DNA from: Balanoglossus misakiensis | Taxonomy: Eukaryota > Animalia > Hemichordata | Reading direction: 5' to 3' | Length of the DNA stretch: 64,000 nucleotides | NCBI GenBank assembly: GCA_040954595.2 | Contig: CM082587.2 | Location: forward strand, 5,010,206 to 5,074,205 | In this document: positions 1 through 12,377 of the stretch, piece after piece | Numbering within the stretch: the stretch's first letter is position 1 | Layout of the letters: every line of letters begins with the position of its first letter | Translations under genes and position numbers: made by a program | The notes under the pieces: generated by a model | Database searches by the model: none | Seen by the model: only the letters and a program-made list of their open reading frames with translations | What the model was told of the DNA's origin: nothing

Positions 1-109
1 TATATGGCTTTAGGCTAACGTTTCGTCAGAAAGATGAATACATTTGTTTGAATCTGTCACGGTATATGCAGGATGTCTGGACCTATAATTCTAGCCGGGT
101 CGGTGTAAC

Positions 110-131
110 CATAGACCCTCGAGGGTCTATG
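110..131. mobile_element. 22-bp collapsed palindromic element with a 7-bp TSD (P-superfamily-like termini)
   Basis: CATAGACCCTCGAGGGTCTATG is a perfect palindrome flanked by the direct repeat GTGTAAC (103-109, 132-138). Confidence 0.6.
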
Positions 132-376
132 GTGTAACTGAAGTAAAATAAGTGACTTTTTTCCTGAAAGGGTCGACAGGTTAAAGGTTAACGCTGGTAA
201 ACAAGTCAGTGAAAACGATAGGACATGCCTTCTTAATTCTCTACCTGTTCCCAACAGCAACGATATAAACATCCACAGAATTATGATATCGGGGGGGGGG
301 GGGAGGGGGGTCTTGATCTGGCTAAAATGGTGCGTGTCCACAGAAAAGAGTGATGTTAAAATGCATATATTCTTAC

Positions 377-512
377 CTAGGTCATCAGCGAGAACAAATA
401 TGATGTTTGGCTTCTGGGAGTGTATGTTGTCCCATTTGAGCAGCCACGTCGCCACAACGTATACACAGCACAACACGCCACACACAGCCAACCGTCTTCG
501 GCCGCAAAGCAT
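377..512 (-). CDS. Arylsulfatase (ARSB/I/J-like), first coding exon; the gene continues off the left edge
   Basis: ATG at 512, then a signal/anchor peptide followed by KPNIIFVLADDLG, the N-terminal sulfatase motif. The exon ends at a G|GTAAG donor at 377/376. Confidence 0.88.
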
Positions 513-2112
513 GGCTCAATCGCCTCGCCCGTAATGCAATGCATCCCGACTGACGAATTGTAATTTGAGCTAACCTGTTTGCATATGAACACACGTTTCA
601 AAGTTTACCCCCAAATAGCGTGTGTAGCACTGTAGCTACCGTTTCGTTGGACAGCTCTGATCTAATATTGACAGATACAGCATCACTGGCTATCCTGAAA
701 GAATAATTGTTACCTCGAGGTGCATCTCTAAACTATGCAAAAATGATATATGATTAAATTTATATTAATTGGATTTTTTATTAAAATAACATTTACGCAC
801 GAACATACTTCTCACCTATCCTAATTACCCTAGCCGAAAAGGTCACTAATATGTTATTATGGGGAAATCAAATGAATAGAAACATCATATTAGGGCCTGT
901 ACATGTACCCGGGGGGTTGTTCTCTTTACTACAGTATCGTTTAAGAGAAAAGCCATAGTGTATGTCTACACGTTAATAGGTGTGCGTTCCCCGGGCATTC
1001 CAGCCTGTTTCCCCGTCTAATCGCAGGAGTCACAACACTATTTACCAAGTGTATTTGTACAAATGATCATGTCATTTACCAAATTGAAGGTACGGATTTC
1101 TGCATGTTGATTTTGCACAAGTCAGCACTGGCATTCATTTTCAGTTTTGTATTTATGTGCGACCATTTTGTTTTGTCTCTATGCACGTACACCGGTAACA
1201 CCAGGCACCTGTGGGTCTGCCCATATTCGCTGTAGTTCTTATGGCTGTACTGCTAGGGCGTTTATTGCTTATTTTTCGCCAGGCCTTCAAGGGTCTAGTA
1301 TATTATCTTGTTTTGGCATTTGTGAGTTTACTTTACACACTCAGCATACCCGACCTTTAATACCGACGTTTCGAAATCAAGGGGGCACGAACTCACTCTC
1401 ATCACGTGTGGGTCTCTTTATGTTCTGATTGGTTGGTTGTTTAGAGCGAAGTCCCACTAGGAAATAAATTCCTCGGGCTTTGACACCATGAAACTTTTGC
1501 CGTAATAAAAAAACATATATTACGTGGTAACCGTGATTAATGTCTAAAGCAACACTGAGACGTGTCGACGTCACCGTTACATTAAAGTGACAGGTCAACA
1601 GGTCCAAAATTACTCGTCAACACTGAAACGAAATGCACGGTGTTGTCCTAGTGAATACGCCTACCTATTTCAACAATGTCAAAGACTTTACGTATTTGTA
1701 CTCTATGTGTTAGTGAAACATTGTGAGTCCCATATATGTATGAAAAATAATTTATCACCCCCTTTGTGTAAAATAATTAATTACACCGTACAGGTATATA
1801 CCGTTTCAATGCTTCTGCAAAATGCTTATCGCCGTTGCTACAGCCAAACAACCATAAGACCCCATGACGTTTGAGTTTGTAGTCCGTCTTTCTCTTTAAA
1901 GTATACTAAAGTGTTTACCTCTGGACAAGGAGCTCTAAATGTTTGTGACGTAGCCGTCAACTGTGTTGAGCAGCGCCTTATAGTCACTTGACAGTAATCA
2001 CGGAAGTTCAGAGGGAAAAAACAGCGGCCAGTCCTCTGTTCGAAAAACAACTGCATGACTGGCTATTTGAAGTCGAAACTGAGCAAGACGGGGCGAAATG
2101 AAGTCGACGAGT

Positions 2113-5100
2113 ATGTCGAAAAGTGTTCTCGCCGTATTTATAGTTTTGATTTTTTCATGGACGCCAGGTAAGGTTGTGTTTCTGTTGTCCTCGTGAGTGA
2201 TCGGGTTTCAGTAACGTTGAAAAGTTTTTGGGAGCATTATTTTGTCAAATGGATCACTTTATGATTATCAGGTAGTGTTCATCATTCTAGACGATAGTAC
2301 AAGTACTAACGCAACGTCGGTGGAAGTGATCTTATGTCCTTTTGACTGAAAAGAACTGTAGTTCCGTCCACCCTTCCGGACGTCAAACAAAAACGCATGA
2401 CCTATGTACAGTCGTGACAAGTTTGATATATTCGAATATCCGAGATGTCAAACAATGGAGAAGTGCAAAAACAATGAGGCCTAGTGACGGGGCCCACAGT
2501 CTGCATGATGCGACATTATTCTCCGCAACCTGGCATCAAAACAACAGCCACCTGTTAATTGTCTTGCATTTGCTTTGACCCTTCTGTGACACATGTTTAC
2601 CTTCCAATTACCAAGGCAACGCCTAGTAGGCGATCAATATTCTGGACAGCAAACGCGGCATTTACTATGGAAATATTGTAATTAGGCCTAAGACTGGCAG
2701 AAGTGAGACCGACGCAACACCAAAATTGAAAGCAATTTCTTGCACCGTGCACAGATTAGTGTAGCTTTGCTGTAAAATGAATTCCGTGGCGACATAAATA
2801 TTATTTCTATTTTAAAGTTTAACACTTAAGTTATGGTTGTGTTACAGTGATAATAATTTATCTTATCAATGGTTCCGCGTTATAAATCTGCCAACGGGTG
2901 TAACCAGAATTGCGTTTATCTGAAGTAGGGACAGTTTGCGCCTCCAGCAAATCTTGTCGTCTCTACTCTTGGTTCACATCTCCAATTTGAATTCATCCCA
3001 GCTGACAATTCAGTGGCTAGAGTAGTTTCGAACTTGACCGTATTTCGTCAAAACAAAGCAGCTCTGGATTGAAGGCACAGAATCGTCATGCGTGTGTAAA
3101 CTGGAAACTGTTGACTCGCACTTGTTTTCAGCGCCACTTCAGATTCCTGACCCATGTCCCACCCTTGTTTCCAAGAATTTCCACCAATAAAAATGAATTT
3201 GACACTGTGGTTCCCGTTTGAACTATGACTATATTGGTAAATCTCCTGCAATATAACCCAGGCCCTTCTGAGAGGGTCAGAGTAGCAGATATAAATCTGG
3301 TCAAAATACATGTATCACAAAAGCCGCGGCGTTTTATTTGCCATAAACGAACACATAGAGATCGCGTGACAGTGGCACAAACAAGTTAAATTTCTTTACA
3401 CAGGAATACTTGTACTTATATGTTTATCTATGCTTTTGTTGTCACCATAGTGGTTTCATATTCCGGTTTTCACGATCTGACTCTGACGGTTTTTTAAAAT
3501 GCTGAGTGTCAATAAAGCTGTATACGTAAATATATAATACTGGTATATCATCCGGGTCCTGACAGATTTCTCTGCGTTTAGTCTCAAACTAAAATTGTGG
3601 AACGGAAGTATTACATGTTTGCGTTTCCTTTTATATGCATGTGCCAACTTGGAGCTCGTGTTTTAGCCAGGTATATTTTCCTGTTTACTTCTCAGAAGCG
3701 TCGGCTGAGATCGACAACCTTAGCTCCAGGCTACTGGTGGCGTATAAGGAAAATGTCGCCACCGTCGGTTATTACAACGGTACCGGAATTGTGATTCACG
3801 AAGAGTTGGTCGACAGCGAATACATGGACCCAAACTTATTTTTTAGCAATGACGGCAAATCCATCATTGGTGCGATCTCCTTTGACTATGACGATTCCTT
3901 GGTTTTCACCTGCGACAACAATTACAACGGTGTTTATTATAACTCTTGGATCGGAGACGTAGACGCTGGCACAGTGTTTTCAGGTACCTCGGCCGCTGTC
4001 CACGGACTTTGCGTCGACTGGCTGGCCAATAACATCTACTGGACTGACGCGTCCCTCAACTGGATTAAAGTGGCCAAGTACGACGAAACACACCACTTGT
4101 CCCTGATAACAACTGGACTGGATCGGCCGTATGGTCTGGCTTGTGACCCGCCGAAAGGGTAGGTAGCGTTCATCGTGTGAATTTTGCCATTCCACTTACA
4201 TCCGATGGATGCATAGTATATACAAACTCAGAGATAACGTAGATTCCACTAGCTAAGCTTCTGCATTAACATTATTTGATGAAATACTATAAAACACTAA
4301 CGTTGCTCATTTTTTTACAGATATTTATTCTGGAGTGATATTGGTAAGATGGCAAAGATTGAGAGGTCAACTCTCGCTGGAGATGCGAGAACTTTAATAC
4401 TAGACGAGAGTACATTTGGTGATGACGTCATCGGCAAACCCGTTTCTTTGAGCATAGACTACAAGCATGATTACATGTATGTACACTGTCTTCCTTGTAT
4501 CAGCTGCATATGTGCGACAGTACATATCAAATTCATATCACAGTTACACAATTGCAAACAATATGGCACATGTAGTTGAATAATTAGCGGGTATCGATTG
4601 TGAAAGACTCCCTGGGGTGTGGTGTAAACTCCTTTAACGCGCCGTACATTACGTCTTCCAGGTTGTATTGGGTAGATTCTGAAGGTGGGAAAATACAAAG
4701 TTTCAACATGCTTACGCCAGATGTCCACCCGATTACAATAAAGCAATTCGACGACGGCGATGAGATATTTTCCCTCGATATTGATCACGTGAGTAATAGA
4801 GGTGGTTGAATTACATGTATATGTATATAAGAGTCAACTGATTAACTTTTGCACTATATATGGCCTGACTATCAGCGAGTCAACAACCTTGTGTGTTTCT
4901 TCTTTCGAACAGTATTTCGGATATTTTGTCATGAGTAAACAACGCAACCTCGTTCACATTAACTCCTTTGATGTAAGAAAGTCCCAAGAGTCAACTGGCC
5001 TGTCATCACCGACGTGTCTAACGTACTACTCTTCGGACAGACAAAGCTCTATGGATCAAGGTGAGTAAAGCTTACGTCACTACACGAGCTGACTGTTTCA

Positions 5101-8100
5101 AATACACCTTTTTTTCATAAAGAGGGCACCCTACGACGACAAGTGAAAATATTTTCGGGGAGGGGGATTATCATATTTTTTTTTCCTGCCAAAAGGAGGG
5201 GGGTCACCATATTTTGGTTCTGGGTGAAGGGGGTCTGCCTAATTTTCTGCCGTTAAAACTGAACGGTCCCTTATAACACTACATTATTATTTTGTCATAT
5301 TTAGTACCCTGTGATAACGCTAACTGCAGTCAAATCTGCGCGCACACACCGGGAAGCTATCGATGCCTTTGTAGCCTGGAGTTTCGGTTAGATCATGACA
5401 TGAAGACTTGTGTTCGAGGTAGGATTTCAACCAAATAGACATTTACAGGGAGTTATTACTATTACATGTAACTCCGCGTTGCTATAGATATTATGGAACC
5501 TATTTTGAGTCAACGACAGCACGAAGCAAGAACTTTTATTCGCACGAAATATGATTGGTATGTTTACATTTCTCGGCACTTGTTATGATCACATCTGAGT
5601 GGGCTCTTTATGATTAATAGAGCATGTTTAAATTGTAGTTCTCACTTTCACGTGGTTTGTTAATTTAATAAGTAAGTAATCTCAGTTTGACTTTGTACGT
5701 AGTATCCTGTAAGTCTCAGTTGAGAATTAAAAGTTATTTTCGTGGAACGCCCACGCCCATTTCTCTCTGTTTGCAGATGACGCGATCGTATTGGACTATG
5801 AATTGCTATTTGCAACACGTGAAGATGACATATGCACCGCACCTGTTGACTTTGGATATAAATACTTCAGTCCAGACATTAAGTGTACCTCATATAGGGC
5901 AGTGGATTCCATTGATTTTGACGTTGCTGGAGAGTACGTTTTCGCTACATCACGTGACAGCGGCGAGGTCAGGAAAAGGTCTATCAGGGGAGATGGTGGC
6001 TGGGACAGTTTACCACAGGATATGACGGCGGCCATAACAGGTAATACTTTCTGTCTGTATTAAATATGTCGACAGAACAGTTTCAGCATCATTCAAGATG
6101 GCGTAAGGATTCAAGATTCAAGATGGCGTAAGCCAGAGCCTCACTTCCGCTAATTTCCCCATTGCAACGCATGAATAAGGATGTTGAATATTTTAAGTCC
6201 TTTTCAAGTAAAAATAAAGAATTTTTTGCATTAAAGTCTGCGTTAAACATTTAGCATAAGGTGTGTATAAATTGCTGGCATCCGAAAATGCACCGCATCT
6301 CATTTCAGGTATTGCAGTTGATTGGGTACGACAATACCTATACGTTGCCGATCATGGACAGACTGTAAAAGTAGCGGACACGGACGGACGCTTCGTGACA
6401 ACATTAGTAACCGATCTCCGTGGCCTTGAAGCGATAGCGGTACATGCAACTAAGATGTAAGCAGAACCCCCCCCCCCCCTTCTCTCTCTCTCTCCTCTCC
6501 TCTCCCCGCCATGAAGCAATGTCTGGACAATCATTTACATTAAAAACCTAAAGTTCGACAGTCACAGAATTCCAGAAGCATCCGGCCAATTTTTCAGAGT
6601 GTGAAATTAACGTTGATATTTTTCATTCACGCCAAAGGTTTTTATTCTGGACGACCATCAGTTCATCTCCTCGTATCGAAAGATCGGATTTAATTGGAAG
6701 ACGGCGAAAAGTTATTGTTGATACGGACATATCTTCTCCGGTTCATTTAGCCATAGATGTCAATGAAGACAAGTAAGCGAACCAAGCTTTATATGGATTC
6801 TTTTTCACGTGAATACGAATCGGGGTTGTAAGTGTAGCGGTTGGAAGTTGCACAGCAAATTTTAATGTGTGGATATTCGTCGCTCTCGACAAGATGAAGG
6901 AGTGGATGTTTTCAAGTAAAACACGATTTTAACGACATTGGGATATTTTGATACTGCTAAAATGCCCGTTTTAAAACATTCTCAAACTCAGGATTTACTG
7001 GGCAGACGACAACAGCCTGGCGGTCGAAGCTGTAAACTTCGACGGCGAACAACGAGAGCTATTCATTAAGTATTCAACAGGTTCTGGCCTGACTGCATTT
7101 GGCGGACTCACGATTTTCCAGGTACATGTAACTACTAATGTGACGTATACATTCTTCTGTTTTGTGACGCACACTTCACTTTGGATGGCTATCAACGGAC
7201 TTTAGAATTTTTCATTCGATAACCTGGCCATACAATTGTCGTTTCCTTCCTCCAGGATTTCTTGTACATAGCGAAAACGGGAGAAGATGTCATCGACGTT
7301 CGCCAGATTGACGAGCCTGGCAAGGAATTACGAAAACAAATCAAAGACGTTGAAGTGACGGCAATGAAGATATTCCATAAAAGCCTTCAACCACTGGTGA
7401 AAGGTGAGAAATTCTCCGAACGTTTCTTTCTATATTCTGTGGTTATGCGCAATTTACACGACATGCTGTCTTATGTAATCTGTTCAATGAATGAAGTACT
7501 CTTTGTTTTCAATTCTTTATATTTTACCAGGTGAATGTGAGCAGAGCAAAGATATCTGTGACGAGTTGTGCGTCAACACAGAATACGGATATACGTGCCT
7601 CTGCTCAGACAGCCAAAGCTCCCATAATTGCACACCAGGTACATTGTATATACGTGATTCCCTTCGAACTTTTTCCCCAACAGATCAAGACAAAACAAAC
7701 TGTCATACGTCATACCATGTTATACCATAGACTGAAGAATGAACGTTACTCACACTAACTTATTTTATTTTGGTCTGCGTTTCAGTATACAGATGTCCGT
7801 TGCATATCCCGAATGGCGAGATCGAACCTCCCTGTGATAACAGACACGGTCAAACATGTCGCTTCACGTGCGATGACGGTTATTCGCCGGCGACCGATGA
7901 CGAAATACGGTGCACTGTCAGCGGAAATTGGGATATTTTGCAGGATGACCTATGTCAATTGAGTAATGACACCTTTTCTTTAGTATACTATAGACGAAGT
8001 GATGGTGGTTTTGTTGGTGGTGGTGGTGGTGGTTGTGCGCACAAACAGAAAAGACAGTCAAGCCGACGGTATGCGATATTTAAATTACCACATGGTGGTA

Positions 8101-9660
8101 CCGTAAAGTATATAATGTGACTTGAAAATGTCAACTCATATCGTGTCTTTCAGTCACTGCCTGTGATTCCTACCCGTGTACGAATAATGGGACGTGCGTT
8201 GCTTCTGACGAGGGCTTCAATTGCACCTGTACCCCGGAGTGGAGTGGTACGACCTGCGCCGAGAGCTTATCTGGTGGTGGAGGTAATAACTATCAAATAT
8301 TTCGAATGTCCTCCTCTGCAATATAGCCTTTTGTTTGCTGCTTTGTCTATGCATGGTCAGTATGTACAGGCCACGAGTGCCTGTAATACTTATGCCATCG
8401 AACAGACAGGCTAATCTAGTCAGTGGTTGGTTGAAGGAATGATTGATTGGTCGTCTGGCTATTTGGTTGGTTCATGTTGATTGATTGATTGATTGATTTT
8501 CTTGCAGTGGTATTATCTTGGTATCTGATAATAATCATAGTTCTGGGCGTTGTACTGTTCATAGTAATGTGCATCCTGCTGATATGGTGCGTAAAAAGGT
8601 AAGTTGTATGCCTTAACACAAATTTCACACCAGTTTACCTAAGTCGCTCTTTCTGTTTGGTGAAAATAGAAAATTCGTGTTGGTGTGCGTGAATTTGAGT
8701 GGTAAATTGCGCAGTTAAATCGACTTATTTTGAATTTAATTTTCTCCCAGATATTCAGCAGACGATGATGATAGCAACTCGGTCGATGCTTCTCAGGATG
8801 GCGGGCAAACGTTGACCACAAATATATCTGGCGAGATAGTGAAAGCCCTGAGAAGCCTGCTGAATCCCGCGACAAGTGAACCGAACGCGTACCAGACGTC
8901 GACGGCGAATGGGTTGAACCCAGCAGCCGCCGCCCCTCCACAGCCGCGCCTCGTTTCCACGAGTATGAAGCGCAGAATGAAAGGGTATGCCAACAGTACT
9001 TTTTACACCGAGCCACCAACTGACAGAGTCGATCCGATACCTGAAATGAGCGAAGACGACGAGTACACTGCGATGGACGAGCCCTTGCCAGAGTACGATG
9101 CGATCAAAGACTCGGGTGTGCCCAGACTTCGACAGCAGTCGACGTCACTCAGCAGGACCGGGGAACCCCGCGTGCACGTGGACAATGGAGAGTACACCGT
9201 TATGAAAAGCGCCCTCGTCGACGACGACGAGTACCTGGCACCGAGGGACAGTGGAATCCTGTCAACCGCTGAACTGGCGACGCTGCACAGAGCACAGGAT
9301 CCTGGTGAGATGGAAAAAGGCCCTGATTTCGACGATAATACCTATGTCGAAGAATTCCACCCTCCGCCGTGGCCCAAAAGTTCCCCGGAAGAGAAGAAAG
9401 AAGTCAGTGGTTCTGCGCCTGCCGCGGGTGCCGACACATGCACTGGAGCGACAGACCACCAGTGTCACGTGAATTTAACGGTTGACGATTCGGACAGTGA
9501 AGCATCGCCTGCCCCAGATCCACAATTTCCAGCGCCGCCTACAAGTTTTCTTCACCTCGGAACTGACCCGGAACAATCGGAATTTACGGACATGACATCC
9601 GCCAGTTATGGACAGGGTTTAAGGGACAAACCGCCGAGTTGTCGCACATCCTACGTTTGA
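2113..9660 (+). CDS. LRP-like single-pass receptor: signal peptide, YWTD propeller, EGF, YWTD propeller, EGF, Sushi/CCP, EGF, TM, ~300-aa cytoplasmic tail (~1100 aa)
   Basis: Exons 2113-2167, 3696-4158, 4321-4476, 4662-4788, 4913-5060, 5305-5418, 5777-6040, 6309-6456, 6638-6772, 6992-7121, 7256-7403, 7531-7638, 7786-7962, 8154-8282, 8508-8598, 8751-9660; all introns GT-AG, total 3303 nt in frame. Motifs: GLCVDWLANNIYWTD, YLFWSD, LYWVD, GIAVDW, IYWAD; EGF CSQICAHTPGSYRCLC; CCP CPLHIPNG...CRFTCDDGY...GNW; TM WYLIIIIVLGVVLFIVMCILLIW. Confidence 0.88.
8440..8498 (+). repeat. (GATT/GGTT)n low-complexity repeat upstream of the TM exon
   Basis: Tandem GATT and GGTT units visible in the sequence. 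Confidence 0.75.
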
Positions 9661-9929
9661 TATTGATGAGAGTTGTGGGAAGTATACGTACATGCTAAGA
9701 AATTGAGTAAAAGAAGCGTATTTCTGGTATATATCTTTATCGAAGTGAGCATCGATTGAAATGATCATCTTTTGACTACAGACTTATATACATGTACTGC
9801 TATCATCAAGAACAACGTACCAACGATATGACATCATACCGTTCATTTCTTTTATATAAAAAAGCAAAATTGGAGGTGCGACCAGCGAACGAAAGTCTAT
9901 ACTTATATATATGCAGCTAGTCTACCTAG

Positions 9930-10075
9930 CTAGTATTCATAACTCGATTAATTCGTGACGAACTAATTCTTTCACCAAAAACTAATCTTGTCATTCGTAT
10001 ATAGAAGCTGTGTACTAAAGCTGAACGAAATTTGATCAGCCGTTCTTGAGATATCGTGCTTAGAGGCACACACTC
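9930..10075. repeat. Fragment of an interspersed repeat (possibly a non-autonomous Helitron/Helentron-type element)
   Basis: Motif series CCAAAAACTAATC...GTGTACTAAA...TGAACGAAAT...GTTCTTGAGATATCGTG...CACACAC resembles repeats common in marine invertebrate genomes. Family recalled, not verified. Confidence 0.35.
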
Positions 10076-12377
10076 ATCAGTGGTGAATTAAAATACTCTT
10101 TAATCATGTGACTTTAGTCAATTTCATTTCCTGTACAGTTCATTAAAATCTAAAATGCTACTTTGAAATTTGAGTATTTACAAGTGTTACGACATGATAC
10201 ATAAGGCTCCCCTACCATCTAGTCCATTAAAAACGATCATTTAAGATTTTAAAAATAAACAACATATATCCATAAAATGACCCTTGTACGGGGGAAGAAA
10301 AACTTCTGATTTACAGTAAGAAATAAGAGAATGCAGTGAGATAGCAGCGACATGGCGATGACATCAGACGAGAAAAGTTATTTCTGCAGCAATCTCTTAA
10401 AACTTAAAAGCAGCACAGTATTAGGAAATTTAAATATGGCATGGGTATAAAATAGGTACTAAGATAAAGATCTACACCACACATTTTTGTGCCAAGCATT
10501 TATAGGTTTCTTTCTCGAAAAGCTCCTCGCAAAAAAAATCCGAAAACGTATTTTGAAGTTTGTTTGTCTAAAAACCTTCAAGAAAACTGGCCATTTTCTT
10601 GTAAATAAAATTCCACCCTCGGGATCTCTGAAACACAGCCACCTGGCTGACGGATAAATATGAAAGATTCTTCCAAGAAGTGAACTTTTCTATCAGTGCT
10701 CCATACAATCTAAAAACTAACATATGTCTGACTAGCATGTGGATAGCACAATCATCAGCCGGCATTTCTTGACCCTTGCAAACAAGACAGATATGAAGAT
10801 CATCCATTCTGCTTATGTGTTGGCACCAGGATCTTGCACAAATATATGTGTCCAACCACTACATTTTGAAACGCTACAGATAAAAAACAGCGACCACCCG
10901 TGAAAAAAATGACGTTTGTTACCCAACTGGTAACAAGTAAACTACTGGCAGTGTTCTGCATGTATAAAAAGACCCAGTACAAAGTTTAGGACGATATACC
11001 ACAGGGAAATTCTTGGACAGTGTTCATAATTTCCTCCGAAACAACGCCACCTAGTGTCGATGCTGCAATCTACTTTGTTTTTTTCTCTACCTGGTCGGGC
11101 TTTTTTTTCTCATCTGGTCGCACTCGACCCATCACAAACTGATCAGCACCTGCCATTGCAACCCGTTTTCGCAATTGTGGGTTTGGTAAGATCAAGGTCA
11201 CAGGGAAAGAAATAACAACTGGACCCATAATTACAAAACTCACCAGTAAAAATACGCCACTTTAAGATGGGTGATCTGTAATTTTGAAATCGATTAAAAT
11301 TCATTAAATATATGTATTTTAAATGGATTATTAAAAACAATTACTTGTTATGCAAAGTAGCAATGTCACAAGTAGAATATTCTTATAATAGCCAAGAGAA
11401 AATAAGCAAATGGATTTGAAATTTCTGTTCTGTGTCAAGCAGTTATACTCTTAAGCAAATTGACAAATTATTTTATGCGTGTCTAACAAAGCCAAATAGA
11501 GTGTAATTTAATTATTTTGGACATTGCGAGTCAACAGAATGCTCTAAACGGCAAATTTCATAATATTTAGACTTTTCATTAGGTTAGCTGAAACTTGTTA
11601 TGTTAACTACTTCTGCTGTTGCAATCACAGAATGAACTGACTTCGTTTTCACAAGTTTATCCCCCCTCCCCCCCAAAGATAAATGAGTTGCATTTGACAT
11701 CCCTACCAGGAATCATTCGGATATAAGATTCACCAGAACATACCTGCCAATAGTTACAGTGAAGAGACAACTTTTATAATTTAAAAAACACTGCTCCTTC
11801 TTTTTAGCAGAAGAGACATGGTGCGCATTCACAGGAAATAAAGGACGGCCGGGTTCATCATGGTTTCACTGAAAACATTTGGCTGTCACCCTCCAACAAC
11901 CAATACGCCATTTTGTGGGAAATGTGGGAAACAAAAACTAGACTTCTCCAATAAGGGGTCAAAGGTCAACAAAAAGGTCGATTCAGCATTGGCCTCTCTC
12001 GCAAACAGTGGCAAGATTCCAATGATCTGCACAGATTTTCTCCAAGTTCATGGTCAAAAAGACTACTCCGGACACCATTCCAAAATTTCACTTTCCCGAA
12101 CATTTGAATTTAAAGCACCTGCTCCTGGGAAGAACAGAATCCATGTGTGGGAAATTCTGATATCTAATATAATTTGTCCCAGATACTACCCATCTCTACA
12201 TTTAAATTATCTAATTTCCCCCTCGTAGGAAAATACTGATATCCAACATTTGACCAAAATATATTTGAATCTGATAAAATGAGTCAGCTCAGAGAGTTCC
12301 CCCTGTCCCTGTTTCATTGCTGTGTGGTGTTGTGTCAGTGTGCAGAGCAGTGGTGGAAAGCAAGCCAACAGGTCAGC

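Noticed and set aside
6091-6132. Tandem ATTCAAGATGGCGTAAG duplication with a YY1-like core
   Set aside because: Simple local slippage duplication in an intron; no further support.
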